Positions 40,494 through 50,190 of a stretch of 64,000 bases of DNA are shown piece after piece. The stretch comes from an uncultured delta proteobacterium (GTDB taxonomy: Bacteria; Myxococcota_A; Polyangia; Polyangiales; B10-G4): assembly GCA_963727445.1 (NCBI GenBank), contig CAVSGI010000010.1, positions 1,512,621-1,576,620 on the forward strand, read 5' to 3'. The position numbers were made by a program, and so were the translations under genes. Each line of letters opens with the position of its first letter. Within the stretch, counting starts at the first letter, position 1. Under the pieces are notes generated by a model that saw nothing but the letters and a program-made list of their open reading frames with translations, was not told where the DNA came from and did no database searches.

Positions 40494-41369
40494 TCAGCGT
40501 CGGCTGTCCAGGGTCGCGCCGATGGAGATGGTCAGGAAGTGGAGCCAGTTGCTCTGGTCGCCGTCACTGGTCGGCGTGGCATCTCCCTGGCCGACCGCCC
40601 CTCCGGCCAGGTAGCGCACGTTCAAGAAGAGATCGGCGTGGTCGATGAAGCGCCACCCGAAGCGAAGGCTGCCGTCGACGATGGCACCGGTCACCTCGGT
40701 GTCGCTGCCGTTCAATACCGAGATCGGAGCGTAGAACCCGTCGAGCTCGAACCCGAAGAAGAAGCGCTCGGCGATGGGAAATCGGCCTCGGGCGCGCAAG
40801 AGCGGGACCGGCCCCACGTCGTTGCGCGCCCGGAACAACGTGCCGTCGAGACTCTGAAAGGAGATGCTCGCGTTGCGGAGCTGAAGTCCCAGCCCGAGGG
40901 AGAGGAGGCGGTCGGGCTCCGGAAGGAGGTCGTAGTCCCAGCTGAAGCGGAAGAAGGGGAATCCGTAGAAGAACCGCACCGGCGTCCCCTGTGGAAAGTC
41001 GACGCCATCGATCCGAAGGTCGCGGCGCAGGACGGCCGTCGAGTCGAGCTCGAGAGGCTGGTAGAGGAACGTCAGGTAATGCCGCCTCCAGATGTCGAGC
41101 TCGACCGACAGCCGCGTGAAGAGGAAGAGGTTGCTCTGCTGACCATCGCTCCGGTAATCGATCTCGGTTCCGTCCGACCCGAGCCGGATGTCGTGGTCGA
41201 GCACCGTCAAGAACCCGAGCTCTGCCGTCGCGCGCAGGCCGAAATCGCTATCGTCGCTGTCGTCCGCTGCGGGTTCCGACGCGGCCGCCTCCACTTCCAC
41301 GTTCTGGGCCAGGGCGCTCCCGGCGGAGAGCATACCCATCGTCACGATGAAGCATCCAACGCACCGCAT
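40494..41369 (-). CDS. Outer-membrane beta-barrel protein
   Basis: Signal peptide, aromatic amphipathic strands; downstream of the fasciclin gene. Confidence 0.7.
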   Translation of the reverse strand: MRCVGCFIVTMGMLSAGSALAQNVEVEAAASEPAADDSDDSDFGLRATAELGFLTVLDHDIRLGSDGTEIDYRSDGQQSNLFLFTRLSVELDIWRRHYLTFLYQPLELDSTAVLRRDLRIDGVDFPQGTPVRFFYGFPFFRFSWDYDLLPEPDRLLSLGLGLQLRNASISFQSLDGTLFRARNDVGPVPLLRARGRFPIAERFFFGFELDGFYAPISVLNGSDTEVTGAIVDGSLRFGWRFIDHADLFLNVRYLAGGAVGQGDATPTSDGDQSNWLHFLTISIGATLDSRR

Positions 41370-41401
41370 GAAACCTCCGGGGCCGATCGGACTGGCGAGG
41401 G

Positions 41402-43087
41402 CTACATGGGGAAGAGAACGCCGTCGATGACGTGAATGATCCCGTTGTCGGTCCGGAGATCGACGCGCAGGACGTTCCGCACGTTGCCCGCTGCATCGAG
41501 GAGCGCTGGACCCGCCTGAACCGTGAGATCGCTTCCCATGAGTGTGGTCACGTCACTGCCGACGAGACCGGCGACGACCGAGCTATCCGCCCGCACGTCG
41601 AGGGTGTGGTAGAGGAGGACGGTGGTGAGATCGGCGCTCGTGTCCACGCCCTCGAACGCCGGATTGTGCGGCGCGAAGACCGTGAAGTCTCCATCGCCGG
41701 CGAGCGTCGTGGCGACGACGGGATCGGCGTTGAGCACGGCGTCGTAGAGCGAGCTCAGATTGGGGTACGCCGCCACCGCTTCGGCGATGGAACCGGGGAA
41801 CGCGATATCCGACGGAAGGATGATCGAGTCGACGACGTGGATGATGCCGTTGGCCGCCGGAACGTCGACCGCCGACACGGTAACGAGCCCGTTGATGACC
41901 ACCGAGCCGTCCGGAGCGGCGAGCTGCAGCACGTTGTCCGCAGCGGAGGTGAGCGTCGTCGGGGTCGTGCCAGCCTCGATGGCGGCGACGACGGCGTTCG
42001 AGTCGACAGCTCCTTCGATGACGTGGTGGAGCAGGATGTCGCTCAGGACCGAGGAGAGGTCGGCATCCGCCGGGAGCGCGGCGAAGGCATCGTTGGTGGG
42101 CGCGAAGACAGTGAGAGGTCCCTCTCCCTGAAGGGCCGAGAGAAGTCCGGCGTCGTTCACCAGGTCCGCGAGAGTGGTGAAGCCGGAGCGCACCGCCACT
42201 TCGGCGATGTCACCGGGCGGGACGAGAACGTCGTCGATCAGATGGATGACGCCGTTCTGAGTCTCGATGTCGGTGTAGATGATGTTGGTGTTCTTGCGGC
42301 TGTCGTCGAGTGCCACGGCGCCGTCGAGGTCACGCACCGCGAGGAAGGCTCCGTTCGCCGTTCGCAGGGTGGCGCTGTCGACGACCACCGATGACGCGGC
42401 CTCTTCAGCGAGCGCGTGGTAGAGAAGAACCGGATCGAGATCGGTTGGGAGCTCGACGCCCTCGAACGCCGAGTTCACCGGCGCGAAGAGCGTCCGGCCG
42501 TCGGCGCTCAGCGCTTCTACCGCGGCGGGCGTCGCCGCACCCGCCAGGGTCGACAGGCGCGGGTAGCTGGTGAGGACGTCGACGATGGTCCCAGGGAACT
42601 CGCCGGGAATCAGAACCGAGTCGATCACGTGGATGATGCCGTTGTCGGCTTCGATGTCGGTGATCGTCACCAGCGTGAGCCCGTTGAGGTAGAGATCGTC
42701 CCCGGCGAGCCCCAGGGCGATGGTGCTCCCCTCGAGGGTGGTCGCCTCGGTCAGGGTCACCGCGGTCGCGGCCGGCACCTCGCCCTCGACCACGTGATAG
42801 GAGAGGACGGCGGCGAGCGTGTCGGTGTCGAGGCCCTCCAAGAGGCCCTCGGGCAGGAGCGCGAACGCGTCATCGGTCGGCGCGAAGACGGTGAAGGGAC
42901 CCTCGCCCTCGAGCGCAGCGTCCAAACCAGTCGCTTGAAGCGCTTCGACGAGGGTCGTGAAGCGTCCGTCCTCCACCGCAACGTCGACGAGGGTCGTACC
43001 TTCGATCGGTTCGACGGGCGGAGGATCGTCGGAGCAACCCGACAGGGGGATGACCAGGAAGAGAAGTGCCAGTGCTTTCGTCGTCAT
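41402..43087 (-). CDS. Fasciclin (FAS1) lipoprotein, four repeats
   Basis: Lipobox LSGC; four T(V/L)FAP.N/D...YH...NG(I/V)IH(V/L)ID units. Confidence 0.92.
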   Translation of the reverse strand: MTTKALALLFLVIPLSGCSDDPPPVEPIEGTTLVDVAVEDGRFTTLVEALQATGLDAALEGEGPFTVFAPTDDAFALLPEGLLEGLDTDTLAAVLSYHVVEGEVPAATAVTLTEATTLEGSTIALGLAGDDLYLNGLTLVTITDIEADNGIIHVIDSVLIPGEFPGTIVDVLTSYPRLSTLAGAATPAAVEALSADGRTLFAPVNSAFEGVELPTDLDPVLLYHALAEEAASSVVVDSATLRTANGAFLAVRDLDGAVALDDSRKNTNIIYTDIETQNGVIHLIDDVLVPPGDIAEVAVRSGFTTLADLVNDAGLLSALQGEGPLTVFAPTNDAFAALPADADLSSVLSDILLHHVIEGAVDSNAVVAAIEAGTTPTTLTSAADNVLQLAAPDGSVVINGLVTVSAVDVPAANGIIHVVDSIILPSDIAFPGSIAEAVAAYPNLSSLYDAVLNADPVVATTLAGDGDFTVFAPHNPAFEGVDTSADLTTVLLYHTLDVRADSSVVAGLVGSDVTTLMGSDLTVQAGPALLDAAGNVRNVLRVDLRTDNGIIHVIDGVLFPM

Positions 43088-43125
43088 TCGGTTCACCTTC
43101 GGTGTGGGTTCGAAGCCTGGCCTGT

Positions 43126-43230
43126 ATGTGGACAATACTTGGACACCGCAAGTGGCCGGATGCGGTCGGCGATATAAATGGATGGTAATTATTGGTGTTT
43201 ATAGGAGCTCATGTAGACGAAACTTCGACA
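43126..43230. promoter_or_regulatory. Two similar 20-mers, each with 11-bp-spaced TnnACR repeats (candidate operators)
   Basis: ATGTGGACAATACTTGGACA (43126) and ATGTAGACGAAACTTCGACA (43211), 16/20 identical, in an AT-rich divergent intergenic region. Confidence 0.45.
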
Positions 43231-43309
43231 TCGCGGTTCCCGGCAATCGATACGTGAGAGCGTGCCACCCTCGGCGCTTCATGGACGCCCAGCTCGCCTC
43301 AGGGATGCG

Positions 43310-45184
43310 ATGAGCAGCCCGAAGCTCGAACCGCGCCTCACGGCCTTCGCGCAGACAATCTCGGAGGAGGCGCTCTCCGCGACGATACGGCCGGAGCGGC
43401 GCGTGAACACGTCGGGCGAGCACGTGCTCTTCGAGCTCGAGCAGTCGCGCCGACCACGAGAGCCGGGACGGCTGATCCTTCGCGAGACCATTGGAGAGGG
43501 AGGCATGGGCGTCGTGCGCCTCGCCGAGCAGAAGTCGGTCGGGCGCGAGGTCGCGGTCAAGACGCTCAAGCCGGGGATCGATCCGAAGGATGGAGCAGTG
43601 GTGCTCGCGATGCTGCGGGAGGCATGGGTGACGGGGCGCCTCGAGCACCCCAACATCGTTCCCATCTACGACGTCAGCGTGGACGAAGACGGCCGGCCGT
43701 TGATCGTTCTCAAGAAGATCGAAGGGGTGGTGTGGTCCGACGTCATGCAGGGCAACGCCGAACGCACCACCCTCAGTGGTGCCCGGGACGCGTTGGCGAG
43801 CGACCTCGAGATCCTCAACGACGTCGCGGACGCCGTTCGCTACGCCCACAGCCGGGGCATCATCCATCGCGACATCAAGCCCGACAACGTGATGATCGGC
43901 CGCTTCGGCGAGGTCTATCTCGTCGACTGGGGCATCGCGGTGTCGCTCCGTGAGGACGGCGACGGTCGAGTCACCTCCCGCGAGGAGTCCTCCGCCATCG
44001 CCGGCACTCCCGTCTACATGGCACCGGAGATGCTCGAGGGTGGCCGATTCCTCTCCGAGCGCACGGACATCTACCTGCTCGGTGCGGTGCTCTACGAGCT
44101 CGTCGTCGGCCGGCCACCACATGGCGCGGACACCTCCATCGGTGTGGTCGCGGCAATCGCCGCGTCCGAACCGGAGATCCCACAGGACGTCCCAGCAGAC
44201 CTGCGCGCGATTCTGCAAAAAGCCCTCGCTCGGGATCCCGACGATCGGTACCAATCGGTCTTCGCCTTTCAGCAGGCGCTCGCCGAGCTCGCCGACCACC
44301 GTCAATCGCGTCAGCTCTCGACGGAGGCATCGCGTCGCCTCGCCGACCTTCGCCAGCACCTGGACGGCGCTGATGGGGGCGGCGCCGAGCGAGCGCACGA
44401 CCTCTTCGGCGAGTGTCGTTTCGGCTTCCGCAACGCGCTCGAGCTCTGGCCCGACAACGCCGCGGCGGCGACCGGGCTGGCGGAGGCCGTCGGCGTCATG
44501 GTGGAGCTGGAGCTGAAACGCGACGACCCAGCGGCCGCAGCTACGCACCTGCGCGCGCTCGCAGCTCCGAGCCCCGAGCTCGTCGCGCGTGTCGAGGCCG
44601 CCGCCGCCGCGCAGCGACGAGACGACGCTCGCCTTCAGGCACAGGCCGCTCGCGGCCGCAGCGAAGACCCATCGCGCGGTCGCCGTGGGCGCGTCTTCGT
44701 CGCCACCGCTGCCGCCTCGATCCTGGCCGCCGCGGCCCTCGCCGGCGGCATCCTCTTCCCGGGGGGACGCGACTACGGGCCTGCCCTCCTCATCGGATCA
44801 CCGACGGTCGTGGGGGCGGTCGTGCTCGGCCTCATCTGGCTCCAACGCGAGACCATCATGGCGACCGCGTTCAACCGACGGGCGGTGGCGCTCGTCGTGA
44901 CCGCGGTCGTCGCCGTCCCCCTCATGCACCTGGGCTCGGCCCTCGGTGGCCTCGATCCGGTGCAGAGCCACATCCACGGACTGATGATCTACGTGGCCGT
45001 TTGCATCGCAGGCGCGATGATCCTCGACAAACGCTTTGCCGCGACCGCCGGCGTCATGCTCGGGTGCTATCTCGTGGCGGCGAGGTGGCCCTCCATCCGC
45101 TTCTACGCCCTCGCCGTGGGCGGGTTTTCGGTCGCCCTGACGATCGCCTGGGTCTGGTCGCGCGACCCGGCCGAGGACGACTGA
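43310..45184 (+). CDS. Ser/Thr protein kinase with C-terminal multi-TM domain
   Basis: GEGGMGVV, VAVK, HRDIKPDN, DWG, GTPVYMAPE. Confidence 0.92.
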   Translation: MSSPKLEPRLTAFAQTISEEALSATIRPERRVNTSGEHVLFELEQSRRPREPGRLILRETIGEGGMGVVRLAEQKSVGREVAVKTLKPGIDPKDGAVVLAMLREAWVTGRLEHPNIVPIYDVSVDEDGRPLIVLKKIEGVVWSDVMQGNAERTTLSGARDALASDLEILNDVADAVRYAHSRGIIHRDIKPDNVMIGRFGEVYLVDWGIAVSLREDGDGRVTSREESSAIAGTPVYMAPEMLEGGRFLSERTDIYLLGAVLYELVVGRPPHGADTSIGVVAAIAASEPEIPQDVPADLRAILQKALARDPDDRYQSVFAFQQALAELADHRQSRQLSTEASRRLADLRQHLDGADGGGAERAHDLFGECRFGFRNALELWPDNAAAATGLAEAVGVMVELELKRDDPAAAATHLRALAAPSPELVARVEAAAAAQRRDDARLQAQAARGRSEDPSRGRRGRVFVATAAASILAAAALAGGILFPGGRDYGPALLIGSPTVVGAVVLGLIWLQRETIMATAFNRRAVALVVTAVVAVPLMHLGSALGGLDPVQSHIHGLMIYVAVCIAGAMILDKRFAATAGVMLGCYLVAARWPSIRFYALAVGGFSVALTIAWVWSRDPAEDD

Positions 45185-45274
45185 GGATACACTCGCGCGT
45201 CGTCGCTCCTCGTGATTTCATCCCGGCCTCGTGTGCTGGAGCCTTCACGGCGCGAGACAGAAAGGACGAACGAC

Positions 45275-45925
45275 ATGAGCCTGCGAATCAACGATGTAGC
45301 CCCGGATTTCACCACCGATTCGACAGCGGGGAAGATCTCCTTCCACGAATGGATCGGCGATGGATACGCAGTCCTCTTTTCGCACCCGAAAGACTTCACC
45401 CCGGTCTGCACGACCGAGTTCGGTGCGGTCGCTCGGCTGGTCCCCGAGTTCAAGAAGCGGAATACGAAGGTCATGGGCGTCTCGGTCGACAGCGTCGAGG
45501 ACCACGTGAAGTGGAAGAAGGACATCGAGGCCTTCGCTGGCGCTGCCGCCGACTTCCCGATCATCGACGACACCTCGCTGAAGGTCGCCAAGCTCTTCGA
45601 CATGTTGCCCGCCGAGGCCTACATGCCGGACGGGCGGACGGCCAAAGACAGCGCCACGGTCCGCACGGTGTTCATCATCGGACCGGACAAGAAGATCCGA
45701 CTGATGATGACGTACCCGATGTCGGTCGGGCGCAACTTCGCCGAGATCATGCGCGCGTTGGACGCCGTCCAGACCACCGACGCGGGGCCGATCGCGACCC
45801 CCGCGGATTGGCAGCCGGGGCACGACGTCATCGTCGGCCTCAGCCTCGACGACGCCGCCGCAAAGGACAAGTTCGGCGAGATCGACATCAAGCTGCCCTA
45901 CCTCCGCTTCGCCAAGCAGAGCTGA
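45275..45925 (+). CDS. 1-Cys peroxiredoxin (Prx6)
   Basis: SHPKDFTPVCTTE, YPMSVGRN, ATPADW; AAGGA RBS. Confidence 0.95.
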   Translation: MSLRINDVAPDFTTDSTAGKISFHEWIGDGYAVLFSHPKDFTPVCTTEFGAVARLVPEFKKRNTKVMGVSVDSVEDHVKWKKDIEAFAGAAADFPIIDDTSLKVAKLFDMLPAEAYMPDGRTAKDSATVRTVFIIGPDKKIRLMMTYPMSVGRNFAEIMRALDAVQTTDAGPIATPADWQPGHDVIVGLSLDDAAAKDKFGEIDIKLPYLRFAKQS

Positions 45926-45987
45926 GGGCGCTTCGAGCACTGCGCGCTGGACTACGTCCGGCTCCCAAACCGAGGTAGACTCGGCAC

Positions 45988-46695
45988 GTGAGGTGGTTGC
46001 TCACGTTGTCCTTCGTCCTGATGGGGTGCACTGCGTCGCACTCCCCGCCCGAGGCCGATGCAGGGGTCGATTCTGCGCGGCGCGATTCGGGCGGTGAGAC
46101 GGAGTGTGAGCCGTTGACCTTCTGCCGTGCGGGGCGCGGCAGCTTCTGTGATCGGCCGGAGATCTGCGACGAAGACGGGCACTGTCCCCCGGACGAGATG
46201 TTGCCCGCGGGGAGCCCGTGTGGGCTCGCGCCGTTCGAGTGCAACGAGGTCGGCGAGTGCGTCGTGAACCCGGAGAGGTGCACGATCGGCGATCCGTGCA
46301 ACACGACCATCGCCTGCGAAGCGGGGGCGTTCGCCGTGATCACATCCTGCGATCCTTTTGAATGCGCGTTGCCGAGCGATGGCGCTTGCGACACCGGCAA
46401 CCCATGCACCGTGGGTCGCCTCGACTGCGGTGACGATGGCGTCACGACCTGCGTCGTGGTCGACGTACTTCCCGAAGGCACGAGCTGTGGGGACGGACTG
46501 GCTTGTGACGAGACGGCCCGCTGCACGGGCTGCATCGATGGCCCATCGTGTCCCGTGGACAATCCATGTGCGCTGGGCGAAATCGAGTGCGTGGATGGTG
46601 AGCCGGTGTGTGTTGAAGAGTGGAACCAGCCCGCGGGGACGCCCTGTGGTGGCGACGGCGCCTGCGATGGCTCTGGCCACTGCCTCTCGCCCTGA
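45988..46695 (+). CDS. Cysteine-rich (disintegrin-like) lipoprotein
   Basis: Lipobox LMGC, CD.PE.C...CP.D and GT.CG repeats. Confidence 0.75.
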   Translation: MRWLLTLSFVLMGCTASHSPPEADAGVDSARRDSGGETECEPLTFCRAGRGSFCDRPEICDEDGHCPPDEMLPAGSPCGLAPFECNEVGECVVNPERCTIGDPCNTTIACEAGAFAVITSCDPFECALPSDGACDTGNPCTVGRLDCGDDGVTTCVVVDVLPEGTSCGDGLACDETARCTGCIDGPSCPVDNPCALGEIECVDGEPVCVEEWNQPAGTPCGGDGACDGSGHCLSP

Positions 46696-46769
46696 ATGTA
46701 CGGCCGACGAGCTCGGAGCCACCCAGTGAAGAACTGGGCTCCAGGCAGCGATGTTAGCGTTGCGACGCC

Positions 46770-48185
46770 ATGCATCCGCTCGAACGAGTACATCCGCGCA
46801 ATCTGAAGACACTCGCGCGCTACGTGCAGCGCATCAATGAAACGCATCTCTGGGCAAAGGTCCTCGTCGGCATGGTCCTCGGGGTGCTCACCGGGATCGC
46901 GCTCGGTCCATCGACCGGTTGGGTTACGCCGCCTCAGGCCCAGGCGATCGCGAGCTGGCTGGCCCTGCCCGGTCATCTCTTTCTGGTCCTCGTTCAGATG
47001 ATCGTCGTGCCGCTGGTGCTCGCGTCCGTGGTTCGGGGAATCGCAGCGAGCGGCGACATGCACCAGCTTCGCAACACGGGTCTGGGACTGGCCGCGTACT
47101 TCGTGGTCACCACGCTCATGGCGACTGCCATCGGCATCGGCATCGCCTACGCGGTCCGACCGGGAGACATGGTCGACCTCGATCTGAGCGGCCTCGAGGA
47201 TGGCGCCGAGTCGATCGAAGCGCTCCCCGGCGACGACCTGACGGTCACCAACGCACCAGAGCACATCATCGGAGTGCTTCCGCAGAACCCGCTGAATGCC
47301 ATGGTCGAGGGCGAGATGCTCCAGGTCGTGCTCTTCGCGTTGATCCTGGGCATCGCGCTGGTGACCCTGGAGCCGCGGAGCTCGAAGCCGCTCCTCGACC
47401 TGATGGGGTCGATCCAGAAGGTCTGCATGGCCATCGTCGGCTTCGTCATGCGGATGGCCCCCCTGGCTGTGTTTGGCCTACTGGCGCAGGCGCTGGTCTG
47501 GACGGGCGTCGAGGTGCTGGTTGGGCTCGGGGTCTATGCGCTCGCGGTCGTCGGGGCGCTCGTGGGCCTCCTCCTCGTCTATCTGGCGATCGTCGCTGGC
47601 CTCGGCCGACGCAATCCGCTGCGCTTCCTCCGCGAGATCAAGGAGCCCATGCTCCTCGCGTTCTCGACCAACAGCTCGGCGGCGACCATGCCCATCACGA
47701 CGAAGACCGCGGAGGAGACCCTGCACGTGCGGCCATCCACGGCGCAGCTCGTCGTCCCCATCGGCGCGACGATGAACATGGGCGGAACCGCTTGCTATCA
47801 CGGCATCGCGACCGTGTTCATGGCGCAGCTCTTCGGCATGGATCTGAGCGTGACGGCGCTCCTCGCGCTGATCGCCACCTCGCTCGGCTCATCGATCGGT
47901 GCGCCGGCTACGCCGGGCGTCGGGATCATGATCCTCGCCACGGTTCTCACGGCTGCAGGGGTGCCGCTTTCGGGGCTCGCGCTGATCATCGGCCTCGACC
48001 AGGTCCTCGAACGGGTGCGATGCGTGATGAACGTGAGCGGAGACTTGGTGGCGTGCGTGGTTCTCGATCGCATGATCGAGGCGCCGCACAGCCGAGAAGC
48101 GGAGCTCCGCCACGAGGCGGAGCGGGAGAGCCTCCGCGAAGAGTCGGGAGCCGACGTGCTCACGGACGCCCAGGTAGCCAGGTGA
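46770..48185 (+). CDS. Dicarboxylate/amino acid:cation symporter (DAACS)
   Basis: AFSTNSSAATMP, PIGATMNMGG, NVSGD. Confidence 0.93.
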   Translation: MHPLERVHPRNLKTLARYVQRINETHLWAKVLVGMVLGVLTGIALGPSTGWVTPPQAQAIASWLALPGHLFLVLVQMIVVPLVLASVVRGIAASGDMHQLRNTGLGLAAYFVVTTLMATAIGIGIAYAVRPGDMVDLDLSGLEDGAESIEALPGDDLTVTNAPEHIIGVLPQNPLNAMVEGEMLQVVLFALILGIALVTLEPRSSKPLLDLMGSIQKVCMAIVGFVMRMAPLAVFGLLAQALVWTGVEVLVGLGVYALAVVGALVGLLLVYLAIVAGLGRRNPLRFLREIKEPMLLAFSTNSSAATMPITTKTAEETLHVRPSTAQLVVPIGATMNMGGTACYHGIATVFMAQLFGMDLSVTALLALIATSLGSSIGAPATPGVGIMILATVLTAAGVPLSGLALIIGLDQVLERVRCVMNVSGDLVACVVLDRMIEAPHSREAELRHEAERESLREESGADVLTDAQVAR

Positions 48186-48209
48186 TGACTTGTCGAGGAC
48201 GAGCGGCCG

Positions 48210-48905
48210 TTACTGCAGGCAGAGCGTGACCGCGCGCAGGCCGGTTCCAGCGCGGCGCGAGGAGCGGTAGGTGCGGTTCGCGCCGAGATACCAGGTCGCG
48301 TCGGGCGTACCCTCGCGGTCGGCGGGCGGATCGATCCGGAACAACTCGGAGCCAGCGAGCGGCGCGGCCGCTGTTTGGAGCTGCTGGTCGCTGACGGCCA
48401 TCTGGAAGGTGCCGCAGCCGGAAGTGGGGAGGACGCCCTGTTCCGCGAGGATCTGTTGGCCCGAGACCTCGTCGTTGCCGTAAACCGCGAGATTCCCGGA
48501 GACGATCTGGAGCTCCGCGTCGTTGGATGTCGACGCTGCATCCCCGCCGTATCCGTCGTTCGTGGGCGAATCGCCGAGATGAAACGTCCAGCCGTTCGAA
48601 TCGCACGCCTCGAGCGTGATCTGGAGCGCGGTGAACCCCCGCATGTCGATGGACGCGGTCATCTGTCCGTTGGTGATGGGTGATGCGGAAATCGCCGGGC
48701 TGGAGCATGTGCCGGTCGCCGCCACGAGGTCGAATCGACACTCCGCTCGGCACTGTCCCGACCCGGCGGGGCTCGCCGCGGGAGGCGGCTGGTCCTTGTT
48801 GACGACCGTCACGGTCGGTTGGCTGACGGGTGGGTTGGCCTGCGCCTGCACATAACAGCCCGTCGCGAGAAGCGAGAGCGCGAGGAGTGGGGCCAACACA
48901 CGCAT
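48210..48905 (-). CDS. Hypothetical lipoprotein
   Basis: Lipobox ATGC; GDSPTNDGYGGD motif. Confidence 0.7.
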   Translation of the reverse strand: MRVLAPLLALSLLATGCYVQAQANPPVSQPTVTVVNKDQPPPAASPAGSGQCRAECRFDLVAATGTCSSPAISASPITNGQMTASIDMRGFTALQITLEACDSNGWTFHLGDSPTNDGYGGDAASTSNDAELQIVSGNLAVYGNDEVSGQQILAEQGVLPTSGCGTFQMAVSDQQLQTAAAPLAGSELFRIDPPADREGTPDATWYLGANRTYRSSRRAGTGLRAVTLCLQ

Positions 48906-48925
48906 GGGTCCAACGTCAGAGAATA

Positions 48926-49068
48926 AAGCATACAGGGGACGCTAGATTGACAATTGACTTCCGCCCTCGCGACCGCCGCCCGGAAGCATACAGGGGACGC
49001 TAGATTGACAATTGACTTCCGCCCTCGCGACCGCCGCCCGGAAGTCAATTGTCAATCTAGCGTCCCCT
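48926..49068. repeat. Second locus of the 77-bp hairpin element (48992-49068), preceded by a left-arm copy
   Basis: Same 28-bp arms (30 bp paired here); 58-bp tandem duplication starting at 48926 and 48984. Confidence 0.9.
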
Positions 49069-49074
49069 CGGGCG

Positions 49075-50190
49075 CTACCGGCGCGCCTTCGCGAGCGCTT
49101 CCCGTGCCGTGCGCACGGTTCCGTGGCCGTCGAAGTAGCGCGTGGTGGGAACCGGCGCGCGGGCGCGCCCTTGCGCCAAGACCGCTTTCGCCTCCTCGGG
49201 GGTGAGCACGGCCAAGCAGCTGTCGTAGATGCCGCCGTTGGTCTCCTCGAGCTCGTTGTGTCTGGCGAGCAGCGACGCGATCTCAACGGCGAGGGCACGA
49301 TCCGGCGTTGGCACGAGGAGCGTGGTCAGCGCTGCGTGGTCGGTGCGGAGCTCGGCCAGTCGCGAGGCGAGCACCGCCGAGCCGGCCTTTCGTGAAGCGG
49401 GAAAGAGGATGCGTTCTTCGACGCCGATGTGTCGAAGCAATCGCTCCCGAAAGCGCGCGTAGGTCTCGGAATCGAATGCCTCGCCGGCGAGCACTCCTCG
49501 AAGGAGCTCGTCGATCTCGGAGTGGTCGAGCCCCAGCCAGACGCGCAGGGCATCATGAGGGTCTTCCCGTGGGCGCAGCGTACGGCCATCCGTCACCACC
49601 ACGGACATCGGAACGTCGTGAGCTCTCGGTGGGATCTCGGGGAGCAGATCCGACTCGAAGCAGAGGCCGATGGCGAACGTCGGGTGCGTGGTCAGGTATC
49701 GATCGACGTAGCCGCTGCCATGACCGAGCCGTATGCCGGACGGATCGAACGCGAGCCCGACGATGATCGCGGCGTCGATGGTCTCGTCGATCTGCGCGGC
49801 CGGCAGCTGCGGGGCCGTGGCGACGGGTTGGGTCAGGCCGAAGCTCAAGGTCCTCACGGTGCACGGCCACGGATGAACGTGGATGGACCGGTCGTGACGG
49901 TCCGCCCGAGGAACGAAGACCTCTTTGCCCGCGCGCCTCAGTGCTTCGATCAGATCTCGCGTTGTCGGCTCTGCGCCATAGGACAGGCACACCAGCACTC
50001 CGCGGGCGGACGCGATCTCGGGCAAGGCGAGCACACGTTGCGTGATCGAGGTCTCGGCACGCCTCCGCCTCGTGGGGGAGAGGTTCGGTGGCCGCCTCCC
50101 GATGGCCTCGCGGAGCTGTCGCTTGCGCTCCGTCGTCGTGACGGGGGATGAACGTTCCTTTTCTGCGCGGAGCACCATCGCGTGCATCAT
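49075..50190 (-). CDS. 5-formyltetrahydrofolate cyclo-ligase fused to a hemerythrin domain
   Basis: RLGHGSGYVDRYL and HDVPMSVVVT, then DH...RHIGVEERILFP...DH...HNELEE; ATGA overlap with ric. Confidence 0.8.
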   Translation of the reverse strand: MMHAMVLRAEKERSSPVTTTERKRQLREAIGRRPPNLSPTRRRRAETSITQRVLALPEIASARGVLVCLSYGAEPTTRDLIEALRRAGKEVFVPRADRHDRSIHVHPWPCTVRTLSFGLTQPVATAPQLPAAQIDETIDAAIIVGLAFDPSGIRLGHGSGYVDRYLTTHPTFAIGLCFESDLLPEIPPRAHDVPMSVVVTDGRTLRPREDPHDALRVWLGLDHSEIDELLRGVLAGEAFDSETYARFRERLLRHIGVEERILFPASRKAGSAVLASRLAELRTDHAALTTLLVPTPDRALAVEIASLLARHNELEETNGGIYDSCLAVLTPEEAKAVLAQGRARAPVPTTRYFDGHGTVRTAREALAKARR

